Origin: Minutocellus sp. GHC0000111
Taxonomy: Eukaryota
Reading direction: 5' to 3'
Assembly: GCA_977018835.1 (NCBI GenBank)
Contig: OZ361261.1
Coordinates: forward strand, 1,054,001 to 1,118,000
Length of the DNA: 64,000 bases
Below, in pieces: positions 24,555-34,436 of the stretch. The number at the start of each line of letters is the position of its first letter. Position 1 is the first letter of the stretch. Position numbers and translations under genes: made by a program. The notes beneath the pieces were generated by a model. It did not search any database. It was given only the letters and a program-made list of their open reading frames with translations, and was not told where the DNA came from.

Positions 24555-25703
24555 TTACTTGCTTACAGATGCCCCCATCGCCTCTGCCCTCTTTTTCTCC
24601 TTCATCTTTTGTTTCAGCTCCATCGCGCCCTTGCAATCCTCTCGATGGCCACCCTCCTTGCGATTCCAATGCATCTTCTGGCAGTCACGGCTGCAGTAAC
24701 AGTAGGTGCGGCAACCACGGCAGAACTTGCGTTCCTTGCCCTCGAATTCAGCGCCGCAACCTCCACATACATCTCTAATGGCACGCAGATTGCGCTGAAG
24801 ATTTATGAGAGAGGTGACGCGTGCGACACGGACAGATCGAGATGAAATTATACCGGCTTGCAGGCTCGTTCTCGTCAATTTCCCCCAGAACTTTGCTTGA
24901 GCATACTTTTGGAGCCACATGCAGCATAGCATTGCACCATGCTCCGTATTCCTCATCTTCTCTTCATCGACCCCTCCTAGGTAGGTGGCAAATGCGGCAG
25001 AAGTGAACCACACCAGCGCCGAGCGATAGTCGTGATGTGCTACCGAAAGCACCGTGCCAAGTACTGTCTGAGCTTCGCCGATGCCCCTTTCCGCGATCGG
25101 TTGTAGGATTGACTTGGCCCTCTCGAACGACTTTTCGTGAACATAGTGCTGAGCAATCTGAATCAGACATTTCCTGCACTCTTCCTCGAGTCCCTTGATG
25201 GAACTCTTGCTCGCGCTCTCGGCTGCCTCAAAATATTCTTGAGCCTGAAGCAAGTCAACAGAGCATCCTACTGAGCCATTGAGGAATGCCTTTCCTAAAA
25301 AAAACATCCCCATGGGATGACCTCTCTTCGCAGCTTCGCGGAACCAATGAAAATCTTCCGAAAAAGACCTCCGCAACCCGTCACCAGCGCCGTACCTTGT
25401 CCCAACAAGGACTTGGGCCCACGCCGATCCCTTCTTCGCCTGTTTTTTTAAGCAAGCGGTACGGTCCTTCAGTTTTCTATCGCTGGGCACCTTGCACAGT
25501 AAGCATCGCTTCTCCTCTCGTCCAACACTGCTACAGGAGTCGCAAATGCCCCGACCACAGCAAATTCTAAGGGTAATCTCGTTATAATCACTGATAAAGA
25601 CAGAACAGACCGCACAGCGCATGGGGTCGTCATTGGAGTTGATGATGCCCTTGAGAGGATGCAGCTCTTGGATGCCGGTCGAATTCGTTGCGGCGGCGTC
25701 CAT
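24555..25703 (-). CDS. RING-like / Sel1-repeat / MYND zinc-finger protein, copy 2 (intact)
   Basis: Collinear paralogue of 8752-9914; shares LHPLKGIINSNDDPMRCAVCS and a near-identical MYND domain. Confidence 0.9.
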   Translation of the reverse strand: MDAAATNSTGIQELHPLKGIINSNDDPMRCAVCSVFISDYNEITLRICCGRGICDSCSSVGREEKRCLLCKVPSDRKLKDRTACLKKQAKKGSAWAQVLVGTRYGAGDGLRRSFSEDFHWFREAAKRGHPMGMFFLGKAFLNGSVGCSVDLLQAQEYFEAAESASKSSIKGLEEECRKCLIQIAQHYVHEKSFERAKSILQPIAERGIGEAQTVLGTVLSVAHHDYRSALVWFTSAAFATYLGGVDEEKMRNTEHGAMLCCMWLQKYAQAKFWGKLTRTSLQAGIISSRSVRVARVTSLINLQRNLRAIRDVCGGCGAEFEGKERKFCRGCRTYCYCSRDCQKMHWNRKEGGHREDCKGAMELKQKMKEKKRAEAMGASVSK

Positions 25704-25970
25704 TTTCACCGGGCCAGGCACCAAAGAGCACAAGCAGTTGGATTAGATTATTCGAATGCGAACGGATAGCCTGCTCAAAGGGTCAAACTCCCGCGAGATA
25801 TCACAGGAGATACCACGCAAGGAGGCTCACCAACGACGAAAATCAATAAATGCTTTTCGCTCGACTTTTCGTCACTCCTTTCCCCCTTTTTTCGCCCAAC
25901 AAAGTGGCGGCTCATCGATACATCGATATCGACATATCGACCGCTGCCGCTGCTGCAACCTACACGTCGT

Positions 25971-27668
25971 ATGCAAAGACTTGAAACTCCTGCTCAAATA
26001 ATCGCAAGGCACCACCAACGGTATCTCACATCCATTTCCAGCACTATAATGGAGAATCTCAGCTTCACGTTTCGTGATCAGGAGGTGCCCGTCACTTATG
26101 CCTCCTCAGTGCCTGCCGAACATGCCCAGAAGGCTTTGCAGAGCGATGCCTTTACAAATTGGGTGCAGAATGCATCCCGCGTTCGGGGCAACAAAATGCT
26201 CCAGATCCATTCCGTCGAACTTCAATCTGTCGATATGTTCGGACCTCATCGCGTTGGATTCATTAAGCTCAACTCTCATGCGACTCTCACGGATGGCAAA
26301 ACGGAGCACGAACATCGCTTGCCAGGCATTTGCTTCCTGCGTGGGTCGTCGGTGGGCATACTGGTCAAATTGCATTGCGTCGATGATGGCGAGGACTATT
26401 CTCTCCTGGTGGACCAACCTCGGATACCGATCGGAGAGGCCTCCTGTCTGGAACTACCAGCTGGTATGATCGATCCTGGCTCGGGGTCCATCGGGGGTGT
26501 TGCCGCCAAGGAGATGAAGGAGGAATGTGATCTGGACATGCACGAAAGGGATTTGATCGACCTGACGCAACTTGCCTACGGCAGGGAAACGTCCGGGATG
26601 TGCCCAAGTCCGGGTGGGTGTGACGAATTTATTCGATTGTGCTATTACGAAAGAAATGTGACTGCGAAGGAACTCGATACCATGCGAGGTAGGCTTGGGG
26701 GGCTCGCAGAAGAGGGAGAGATCATTACATTGCGTGTAGTAAAGTTTGATGAGATTTGGCAAACCTGCTCCGATGCCAAGGCTTTGTGCGCTTTACTACT
26801 CCACAAACAGCTGGCTGAAACCGGAAAGCTTGATCCATTCATCATGCTGAACAACGGCCATCAAATGCCAGCCCTAGCCTTTGGAATGTACAAAGTAGAG
26901 CCTCAAGATTGCAAGCGAGTGGTGCTGGATGCCATCAACGCAGGATATCGTCATTTTGATACAGCATCATTTTATGGCAATGAGGAGGCTCTTGGCTCAG
27001 CTCTCAAGGAGTCCGGTGTCCCACGCGAGGAACTGTTCATCACTACCAAGGTGTGGAATGATGCACAGAAAGAAGGAAGAGCAGCAGTTCGACAAAGTTT
27101 CGAGAAGAGTCTTGCTCTATTGGAATGTGATTACATTGACCTCTTTCTTGTGCACTGGCCTGTACCTGGACACCACGTTGAAACCTACAAAGAGCTTGAG
27201 CTGATACAACAAGAAGGCAAATGTAGAAGTATCGGCATTAGCAACTACAGCGAAGAAGAGTACCAGGAGCTAGAAGATGCCGGAATGACTGTAATGCCAG
27301 CCGTCAATCAGATGGAAGTCTCGCCAGCAATGTATCGGGCAGAAACAGTCAAGTTCTTTACTGACAAGGGAATCGTAATCAGCGCCTCCAAGGCACTTCA
27401 CCGAGGAGATTCACTAGAGAAGGAACCGATTGTAGACATCGCCAGGAAGCATTCCGTTACTCCGGCACAGGTAATGCTTCGATGGGGACTGCAGAAGGGA
27501 CTTGCTATTGCTACCAAAACGTCGTCTTCCAAAAGAATGAAGGAAAACCGTAAGCTCTTGACATTTGCACTGGATAAGGAGGATCTGGCGCTTCTCGATG
27601 GAATGACAACAAAAGAAGACGTTGCCAACCGCGCAGAGCTCGAAAAGACGAGGAAAACCAGTATGTGA
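25971..27668 (+). CDS. Nudix hydrolase (NUDX14/ADP-sugar pyrophosphatase-like) fused to aldo-keto reductase; alternative start 26049
   Basis: VDMFG..VGFIK, LELPAGMID...AAKEMKEECDL Nudix box, SPGGCDE; then AKR GYRHFDTASFYGNE, LFITTKVWN, DLFLVHWP, RSIGISNY, PAVNQME in one uninterrupted frame. Confidence 0.92.
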   Translation: MQRLETPAQIIARHHQRYLTSISSTIMENLSFTFRDQEVPVTYASSVPAEHAQKALQSDAFTNWVQNASRVRGNKMLQIHSVELQSVDMFGPHRVGFIKLNSHATLTDGKTEHEHRLPGICFLRGSSVGILVKLHCVDDGEDYSLLVDQPRIPIGEASCLELPAGMIDPGSGSIGGVAAKEMKEECDLDMHERDLIDLTQLAYGRETSGMCPSPGGCDEFIRLCYYERNVTAKELDTMRGRLGGLAEEGEIITLRVVKFDEIWQTCSDAKALCALLLHKQLAETGKLDPFIMLNNGHQMPALAFGMYKVEPQDCKRVVLDAINAGYRHFDTASFYGNEEALGSALKESGVPREELFITTKVWNDAQKEGRAAVRQSFEKSLALLECDYIDLFLVHWPVPGHHVETYKELELIQQEGKCRSIGISNYSEEEYQELEDAGMTVMPAVNQMEVSPAMYRAETVKFFTDKGIVISASKALHRGDSLEKEPIVDIARKHSVTPAQVMLRWGLQKGLAIATKTSSSKRMKENRKLLTFALDKEDLALLDGMTTKEDVANRAELEKTRKTSM

Positions 27669-27723
27669 TGTGTATACAAATCTATAAATTCAAAGCAAAT
27701 GCATTCACTATTTTTACAACGAA

Positions 27724-29116
27724 TTAAACCCACTCCCGAGGATTCTTGGTAGCATCGATGAAGTCATACTCGGGGGTTCCCTCAACTGGCTGGTGATCAT
27801 ATTCCCAACGCGCCAACTCCGGCAAACTCATGAGAATGCTCTCAATGCGGCCACCAGTCTTGAGGCCGAAGATGGTACCACGGTCGTAGACGAGATTGAA
27901 CTCCACATACCGACCTCTCCTCATGAGCTGCCATTCCTTCTCCTTCTGAGTGAATTCATCATCCTTGTGCTTCTCAATGATTGGTCCGTAGGCATTGACA
28001 ACATTGTTGCTCAACTCCTTGACAAACTCAAAGATTTCATCCGGATTCCTGTCATCAAGATCATCAAAGAAGATGCCGCCGAGACCACGCGTTTCACCAC
28101 GGTGCTGGATCTTGAAGTAATCATCGGCCCATTTCTTGAACTTGGGGTAGTATTCAGGATCGTGCTTGTCGCATACCTCCTTCAACGATCCATGGAAATG
28201 CTTCATATCCTCCTCATTGACGTAGCAGGGAGTAATGTCCTGTCCACCACCGAACCACCAAATGCCACCATCGGTCTCAAAGTAACGGTAATTGAAATGC
28301 ATGGTGGGGCAATGCGGATTGCGAGGATGCATCACGCAGGAAAGTCCAGCAGCAAAGAACGGGACCTTGCCATCCGGTCCTGGTTCCGGTCGGTTGCCAC
28401 TGCGCTCGGTGGCGGCGGCCAGGGCCTGAGGAGCCATGCTACCGTAGACCACACTGAGATTCACGCCGGCCTTCTCCCAAACCTTACCGTCGGCCAGCAC
28501 ACGAGAGCGGCCACCGCCGCCCTCGGAACGGAGCCAGGCATCCTCATGGAACTTGGCACCACCGTCAATCTTTTCGATGGCTTCGGTGATGCTGATCTGC
28601 GCCTCGCGAAGCATCTCCTCCATCTTTCGACGCATGGGGTAGTTGCCATCAGGGCCATCTTCATCACGGACCAGAGATTCGGGCAGTTCATCCTGCAGTA
28701 CAAGGGAAAAACAAAATAGCACATATTAGTAACGATGCAATGGCACAACACCAATTGACCAGCGACAATTGACCCAGTGCAATTGCAATATTCTCTTCTC
28801 CATTTGCACAGACGAAACTTTGCAACTTGTGCTCTCTTTCCGTGCCCATTGAACAACGATGCGCCTTCATGCCGTTTGGCTTTCACGCAAGTAAAGAACT
28901 CACCGCATCCTCGGTGTCCTTCTTGGCCTCAACCTCATCGGCAACGGCCGACATGGCAAGTCGAGTGTTGGATGACGAAATAGAAGCAGCAGAAGAAGCC
29001 GCCGACGTCGGAAGACGGAGGGCATGCGCTTGGCCGGGCATGCTCAGACCGAAGCCATAGGCGGTTCCGCTCAGCAGAGCAGGGGCGATGAGAGAGAAGG
29101 AAGCAATAATCTTCAT
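27724..29116 (-). CDS. CPOX: Oxygen-dependent coproporphyrinogen III oxidase, plastid-targeted; intron 28693-28903
   Basis: EKAGVNLSVVYG, HPRNPHCPTMHFNYRYFE, RGLGGIFFDDL, RRGRYVEFNLVYDRGTIFGL, RIESILMSLP; signal peptide MKIIASFSLIAPALL...AYGF. Confidence 0.96.
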
Positions 29117-29324
29117 GGTATCGGCCGTGATATTATGGCGATGCTACAATCGAACAACCTCCGACAGTGATGAGGGATGGTTCGGATTTGTGACGAGAGG
29201 ATGATCAGGAAGATCTGGCGCAACTTGAACTCCAAGTTCAACAATACGTCTTCGTACGTACGTAGAGGTCTTTCTGTCACCCGCCCTGCGTCAGTCGACG
29301 ACGGTCATGCCATTTTCGAGAACC

Positions 29325-31340
29325 ATGGTGACGAACGTCAACGCCGCAGCCGCCGCCATCGCCGCGGTGGCATGCCTATGCACGCACAGTGTGCCTCATG
29401 TTGCGGCATTTGTTCCCTCCCAACCCATGGCACAAGTTTATTCTGTATCCTCGAGACAAACTCATCGTAATCCAACGCCTCTAGCCAGCTCTTCCACCGA
29501 TGGCGACGAAAACGATTCCCTCGCCGAGAGGGCCCGCAAGGCCAAGCTCGAGGCCGAGAAGATGGAGGCCGAGCTGACTTTGGGCAAGATTACAAATCTA
29601 GAGAATAGAGTGCATGCATCGTCATCGTCGTCGTCGTCGGATTCTACAAATGATTCCATGAAAGAATTGCAGGATGAAATTGAAGCACTAGCAAAGCTGA
29701 TTGATCCGAAATTGGTGGATGCTTCTGCAACAGCTATGGCCTCAAGCAATGCCAGCAGTGAATCAGCTGCGAGTCCCACTTTCGGAGACGAACCAGTTGT
29801 ATCAACAGTCGAAGACCTTTCGTCTGCCGATCTCGAGGCCGCCTGCCAGTACTACGTCAGCCTCCCGATTACGATGCGATCGGCGGTGGGATATGAAAAC
29901 ATGACCTCTCTCACAGGAGAGCAGGTCAAGGATCTGGTGATCAAATTGTACGAACGGCGAAACAATCTGTCGACCGTCAAACTTCGAGAACTCTATAAAG
30001 ATACACAGCAGGCACCACTGACCATCGAGGAGGGCATTCAAGACATTTTTGCAGAAGTCAAGACAATTTTGGATGATCCCGATGCAGCGCTGGTACAGGC
30101 CGTCGAGTCGCAGGTGCCCAAGCAGGCACGGCAGGAGGGAAAGTGCCCAACAGAGTCCGATATCAACGCATTCTTCCAGAAAGCGTGTGGCAAGAACACC
30201 TTTTTGGCGTCCGAGAAGCCCATCCGCACCGGGGAGCTATATGTGATTCGGGGCAAGTCGCAAAAGAATGATGCCGCATCGCTCATTGAGGCATTGGATG
30301 CTGCATTGGAGGAAAAGGCGCCAGATTGGTTGGAGAGGAATCAGTACTGCTATGTTACTGATCCATCCCTCATTGAGGGCGATGAAGACTTGTTTGGTGA
30401 CCCAGTGCTTCTGCTCCTCAACAAGGATATGGCTCCGACAGCATCCAAGGCACTGACTACCGGGTCCACTCTCGCTGCATTGGTCGGTTCCGTCTTGTTC
30501 TGCTTGGGTACCTTTGGAACCAACCAGGTGATTGTTGATCGGCTGCAAGAGGCGAATAAGGCCGGCAATTACGATTTGTCGTGGTTCAACGAGCTCGTCA
30601 TCCCCATGTTTGCAGCATTGTTTGCCATCCAGGCATCTCATGAGCTTGGACATCTTCTCATTGCTTGGAGGGATAAAATGAAGGTGACTCCTCCAACGAT
30701 ATTGCCCTCTACTGGGCTGCCTTACCTGGGAACGCTGACCCGAATGAAGACTTCGCCGAAAGATTATAAATCTCTCTTTGATTTTGGCTTTGCTGGGCCG
30801 GTGACTGGATTGGGCATTGCCTTTGGTTTTTTCCTCTGGGGTCTACAGCTCACCGTAACAATGGACCCCGAGGCGTCGAAATATTTACCATCGGTGCCGG
30901 TTGCCTTTCTGAAGATGAGCACATTGGGTGGCTCTCTCATTGATCAAGTAGTTGGTGGTGGCGCTGGCATCATGCTCCAACAAGAACCGGAAACATTGGT
31001 ATCTCTGCATCCCTTTGCCATCGCTGGCTTTGTGGGGATGATAATAAATGCTCTCGACTTGATACCGATTGGGAGCACTGATGGTGCGCGAATATCTCAG
31101 GCAATGCTGGGCCGGGTTGGTCAGACTATCGTGGGTGGTCTTTCCTACGTTGTGTTACTGGGTGCTCTGATCTTTAGTGATACTGGTGATATCTTCCTTT
31201 CCTATTGCTTGATAAATTGCATCGTCCAACGAGAGCTGGAGGTCCCCTGCAAAAACGAAGTTGACAGAGTAGATCTCGACAGGGCCGCAGCAGCTATTGC
31301 CGCATTCTTTGTGTCTGCATTGGTCCTTGTGCCCATGTAA
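29325..31340 (+). CDS. EGY-like M50 intramembrane zinc metalloprotease, paralogue 1, plastid-targeted
   Basis: HELGH, LFDFGFAGP, LHPFAIAGF, NALDLIPIGSTDG, PCKNEVD; VAAFVPS bipartite signal; alternative ATG at 29307. Confidence 0.9.
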   Translation: MVTNVNAAAAAIAAVACLCTHSVPHVAAFVPSQPMAQVYSVSSRQTHRNPTPLASSSTDGDENDSLAERARKAKLEAEKMEAELTLGKITNLENRVHASSSSSSSDSTNDSMKELQDEIEALAKLIDPKLVDASATAMASSNASSESAASPTFGDEPVVSTVEDLSSADLEAACQYYVSLPITMRSAVGYENMTSLTGEQVKDLVIKLYERRNNLSTVKLRELYKDTQQAPLTIEEGIQDIFAEVKTILDDPDAALVQAVESQVPKQARQEGKCPTESDINAFFQKACGKNTFLASEKPIRTGELYVIRGKSQKNDAASLIEALDAALEEKAPDWLERNQYCYVTDPSLIEGDEDLFGDPVLLLLNKDMAPTASKALTTGSTLAALVGSVLFCLGTFGTNQVIVDRLQEANKAGNYDLSWFNELVIPMFAALFAIQASHELGHLLIAWRDKMKVTPPTILPSTGLPYLGTLTRMKTSPKDYKSLFDFGFAGPVTGLGIAFGFFLWGLQLTVTMDPEASKYLPSVPVAFLKMSTLGGSLIDQVVGGGAGIMLQQEPETLVSLHPFAIAGFVGMIINALDLIPIGSTDGARISQAMLGRVGQTIVGGLSYVVLLGALIFSDTGDIFLSYCLINCIVQRELEVPCKNEVDRVDLDRAAAAIAAFFVSALVLVPM

Positions 31341-31648
31341 TAATATAATTCAGAAATAAAGATTGAGGTTGCTAACTACGGTATGATCAGCCATCGCCCA
31401 GGCGCGCCCTCTGGCCTCTGGCCTCTGGTTACGCGTGGAAGCTTTTGCTCCCAATTTTTGTTACGCGTGGAACAAGGAAGGCGCATTTCGTCGTCGTCAT
31501 CGTGAATGCGGGAACACCTGACGAATCCGCCAGCTGTTCGTTCATCCTTATCATCATTTTTGTTCTGCTTGCTAACGTGGTGGCCGAAGTTCTCGGTGGC
31601 ACCACTTGCACCGACTGTTCCTCACAATCATAAATAAATACAACAACC

Positions 31649-34327
31649 ATGGCAGCGACAGCACCTAGGAGAGCCGCAGCCATATCTCTGATCTTGTTGC
31701 ATTGTTGCAGCCAGACCGTTGTTGCATTTCACACACGTGATGGCATCGTGCGGCACGATGGATTGAGGACCAGAACTTCAACAACACTTATTGCGGCCTC
31801 GGCGGCACGATCAAGAACACCCAGCTTCTCCAGAAGACAACCTTGGTCGGCATTGCACGCCAACAATGACGACAGTGGTGATGGTGGTGACAAGGAGCGC
31901 GTGCCCTTCTTCGCAAGGCTGGCAAATGCCTATCAAAAAGCCAAACAGGTTGTCAAGCAAAATGACGAAGAGCAAATCAAAGATGCGCAAGATATCAGCA
32001 GCGAAGGCGGAGTAGCTGTCGCCGTAAAGGAAGAGGAGGTAGAAGACAAGCACACCCCGCTTACAGAAGTCGCCCCTGTCGCCACGACTAAATCACCGGA
32101 AGATATTGCAGCGGAGTTACGAATGCAAGCCGAAAGGCCAAGCTCGAAGTGCTGAAATTGGAAACCTCGCTTACCATCGAAAAGATATCCAAGCTCGAAA
32201 AGCTTCTCGAAAGCAACGGGTTGAAGGACGACGAGGGAAAAGATATTCGCAGTCAGCTAGCTGTTTTGAAGACAAAGCTGGATGGTCCCAAAAAGGCAAA
32301 TGGCAAAGATGCTAACGGGTCGGCATCTGCGCCCCTTCCAGCGGCGGCGGTGGCGACAACGACGACGCTTCCTGCTACCGAATCTTCCAAATCCGACGGA
32401 AAGTCTTCCAATGCTGACGAGGACATTTCATCGCTGATTGAGGCGAGGGGCTTGGAGGCAGAGAAAGAATCACAATCTGCTTCTGATCTCGAACTTGAGA
32501 GGAAGATTCCCCCGATAAGCGATGAGGAACTTCAACAGCGATCGGAGGCATTTCGGAAAACACCCAAGGTGCTTCAACAAATGACAGCGGCGGCCGCTGG
32601 CTTCAAGGATACCACGGACGTGGCGGGGATCATCAGACAGATGCACAAGGACGAGCAAATGGAAATACTGAAGAAGGAGCAAAAAGAAAAGAAAACGGCT
32701 GAGCCAATGACTGATGAAGCTCGTCAGCAAGCGTTGGACGGGTACATGAATTTGCCGCTGCCTATTCAGGACATGATTGCCCGCACTGCCGGTCTGAAGG
32801 ACGGTCGAAATGCCACAGACGTCATTGCCAAGCTCGAAAAGGAGGGTCGCCTCTTTCCAAACGAGAATGGGATGCAGGCAGGCTTTGAGGTAACGACTGA
32901 TATCGTCGATAGCAATGAGATTGATGTTATCTTTAAAGATATGGAACGGATGGAAAAGGACAAATACATCGAGGGAATGCTACCAAGAGAAACGCGCAAG
33001 GTGGAATTGGTGCCTACGGAGGATGATATCAATATCTTCTTCAGCGAGGTTCTTAGCAACAGAAACTTTAATCCGACGGGCAAACTGGAGAACGTCCCGG
33101 GTGGCTTCCTGATCCGGGGCGAGAATAAGATGAAGGACGGCGATGAGCTTGTCAAGACACTTGACAAGGCACTGGCGGCGACCAACATATCCGACAAGGT
33201 CCAATTCTACTACATCAAGGATCCGAATCCATCAACAGAGGAAGAGTTCCAAAATTACCAGAATGACCTGCCAATTCTATATATCACTGGCCCGGACATT
33301 TCTCCCGAAACAAAATTCCTCACCAAGGCATTTATTTCCTTCATTGGCATTGTGTTCGTGGCGTCATTTTCCGTTGGAACTCTCTCTTTTAATGAAGTCT
33401 TGGTGGATCGACTCGATGCGGAAGTTCAGGCCGGTGCTGGCGACTTATCCTGGATCCAAGAAATTGCCGCACCGATATTTTTTGCCTCCTGCGTTACTCA
33501 GCTTGTTCACGAAGCATCACATCAAGCTGTCGCTCTCAAGGACAAATTCAAAACCGGGCTGCCGACGATCCTCCCCTCACTTCAGACTGGTCTTTCCGGT
33601 GCCATTACACCACTCAACGAATCTGAAATCTCTATTTGACTTTTCCATGGCCGGCCCTCTCTCTGGGCTCATCATTTCGCTTTTCTTCATGTATTCTGGC
33701 CTTGAGCTTACCGCATTCATGGGTCCTGAAGCTCAATCGCAGCTTCCGAGCTTACCTTTACAGCTGCTGCGCTCCAGTGCACTTGCTGGTGGTATGGTAG
33801 AGTGGTTGTTAGGTGATGGAATCCTGGCTCCGGGAGGGGGTACCATTTTGCTCCACCCGTTTGCCATTGCCGGTTTTGTTGGGCTCATAAGTAACGCCAT
33901 CGCACTGCTGCCCATCGGAAGTAAGTAGCTTCTTGTTGACTTGGCACCATGTACCATGTATAACTGCCCTTGTAATTGACCGCTCACAAGTTTCCTCTAC
34001 GTTCATTACTTAATTTTCTCCTTGAACAATAATAGACACCGACGGAGGTCGTATCTCTCATTCACTTTTTGGCAGGAAGTGGGCTAGAGTTCTTAGTGGC
34101 CTGTCTCTCCTCATTTTGGTCCTGAGCGGAGTCTTTGGCCTGGATGACTCGAACATTCTCCTGATGACTCGAACATTCTCCTGTCCTATGTCCTCATCGT
34201 TACGATATGGCAAAGGAACCCAGAAATCCCATGCCGGAATGAAGTTGACGACCTTGACTACGGCCGGGTGGCTGTGGCAATCGCTGGCGCAATGCTCGCT
34301 TCTCTCGTCTTGCTCCCTCTTCCTTAA
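31649..34327 (+). CDS. EGY-like M50 metalloprotease, paralogue 2; intron 33921-34035; disrupted near 32137, near 33620 and by a 20-bp duplication (pseudogene or assembly error)
   Basis: HEASH, LFDFSMAGP, LHPFAIAGF, NAIALLPIG|NTDGG across the splice junction; removing the duplication gives EIPCRNEVDD...LLPLP*. Confidence 0.82.
34144..34183 (+). repeat. Perfect 20-bp tandem duplication inside M50 paralogue 2
   Basis: ATGACTCGAACATTCTCCTG x2. Confidence 0.95.
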
Positions 34328-34436
34328 TTGACGGGGCATCATCTCGCCGTGCATCGCCTCACAGAGGCAGTACTATAAAGATCATAGATGAAATGTATAG
34401 ATTCTATTCTTTATTTACCAGTACTTGATTTAAACT

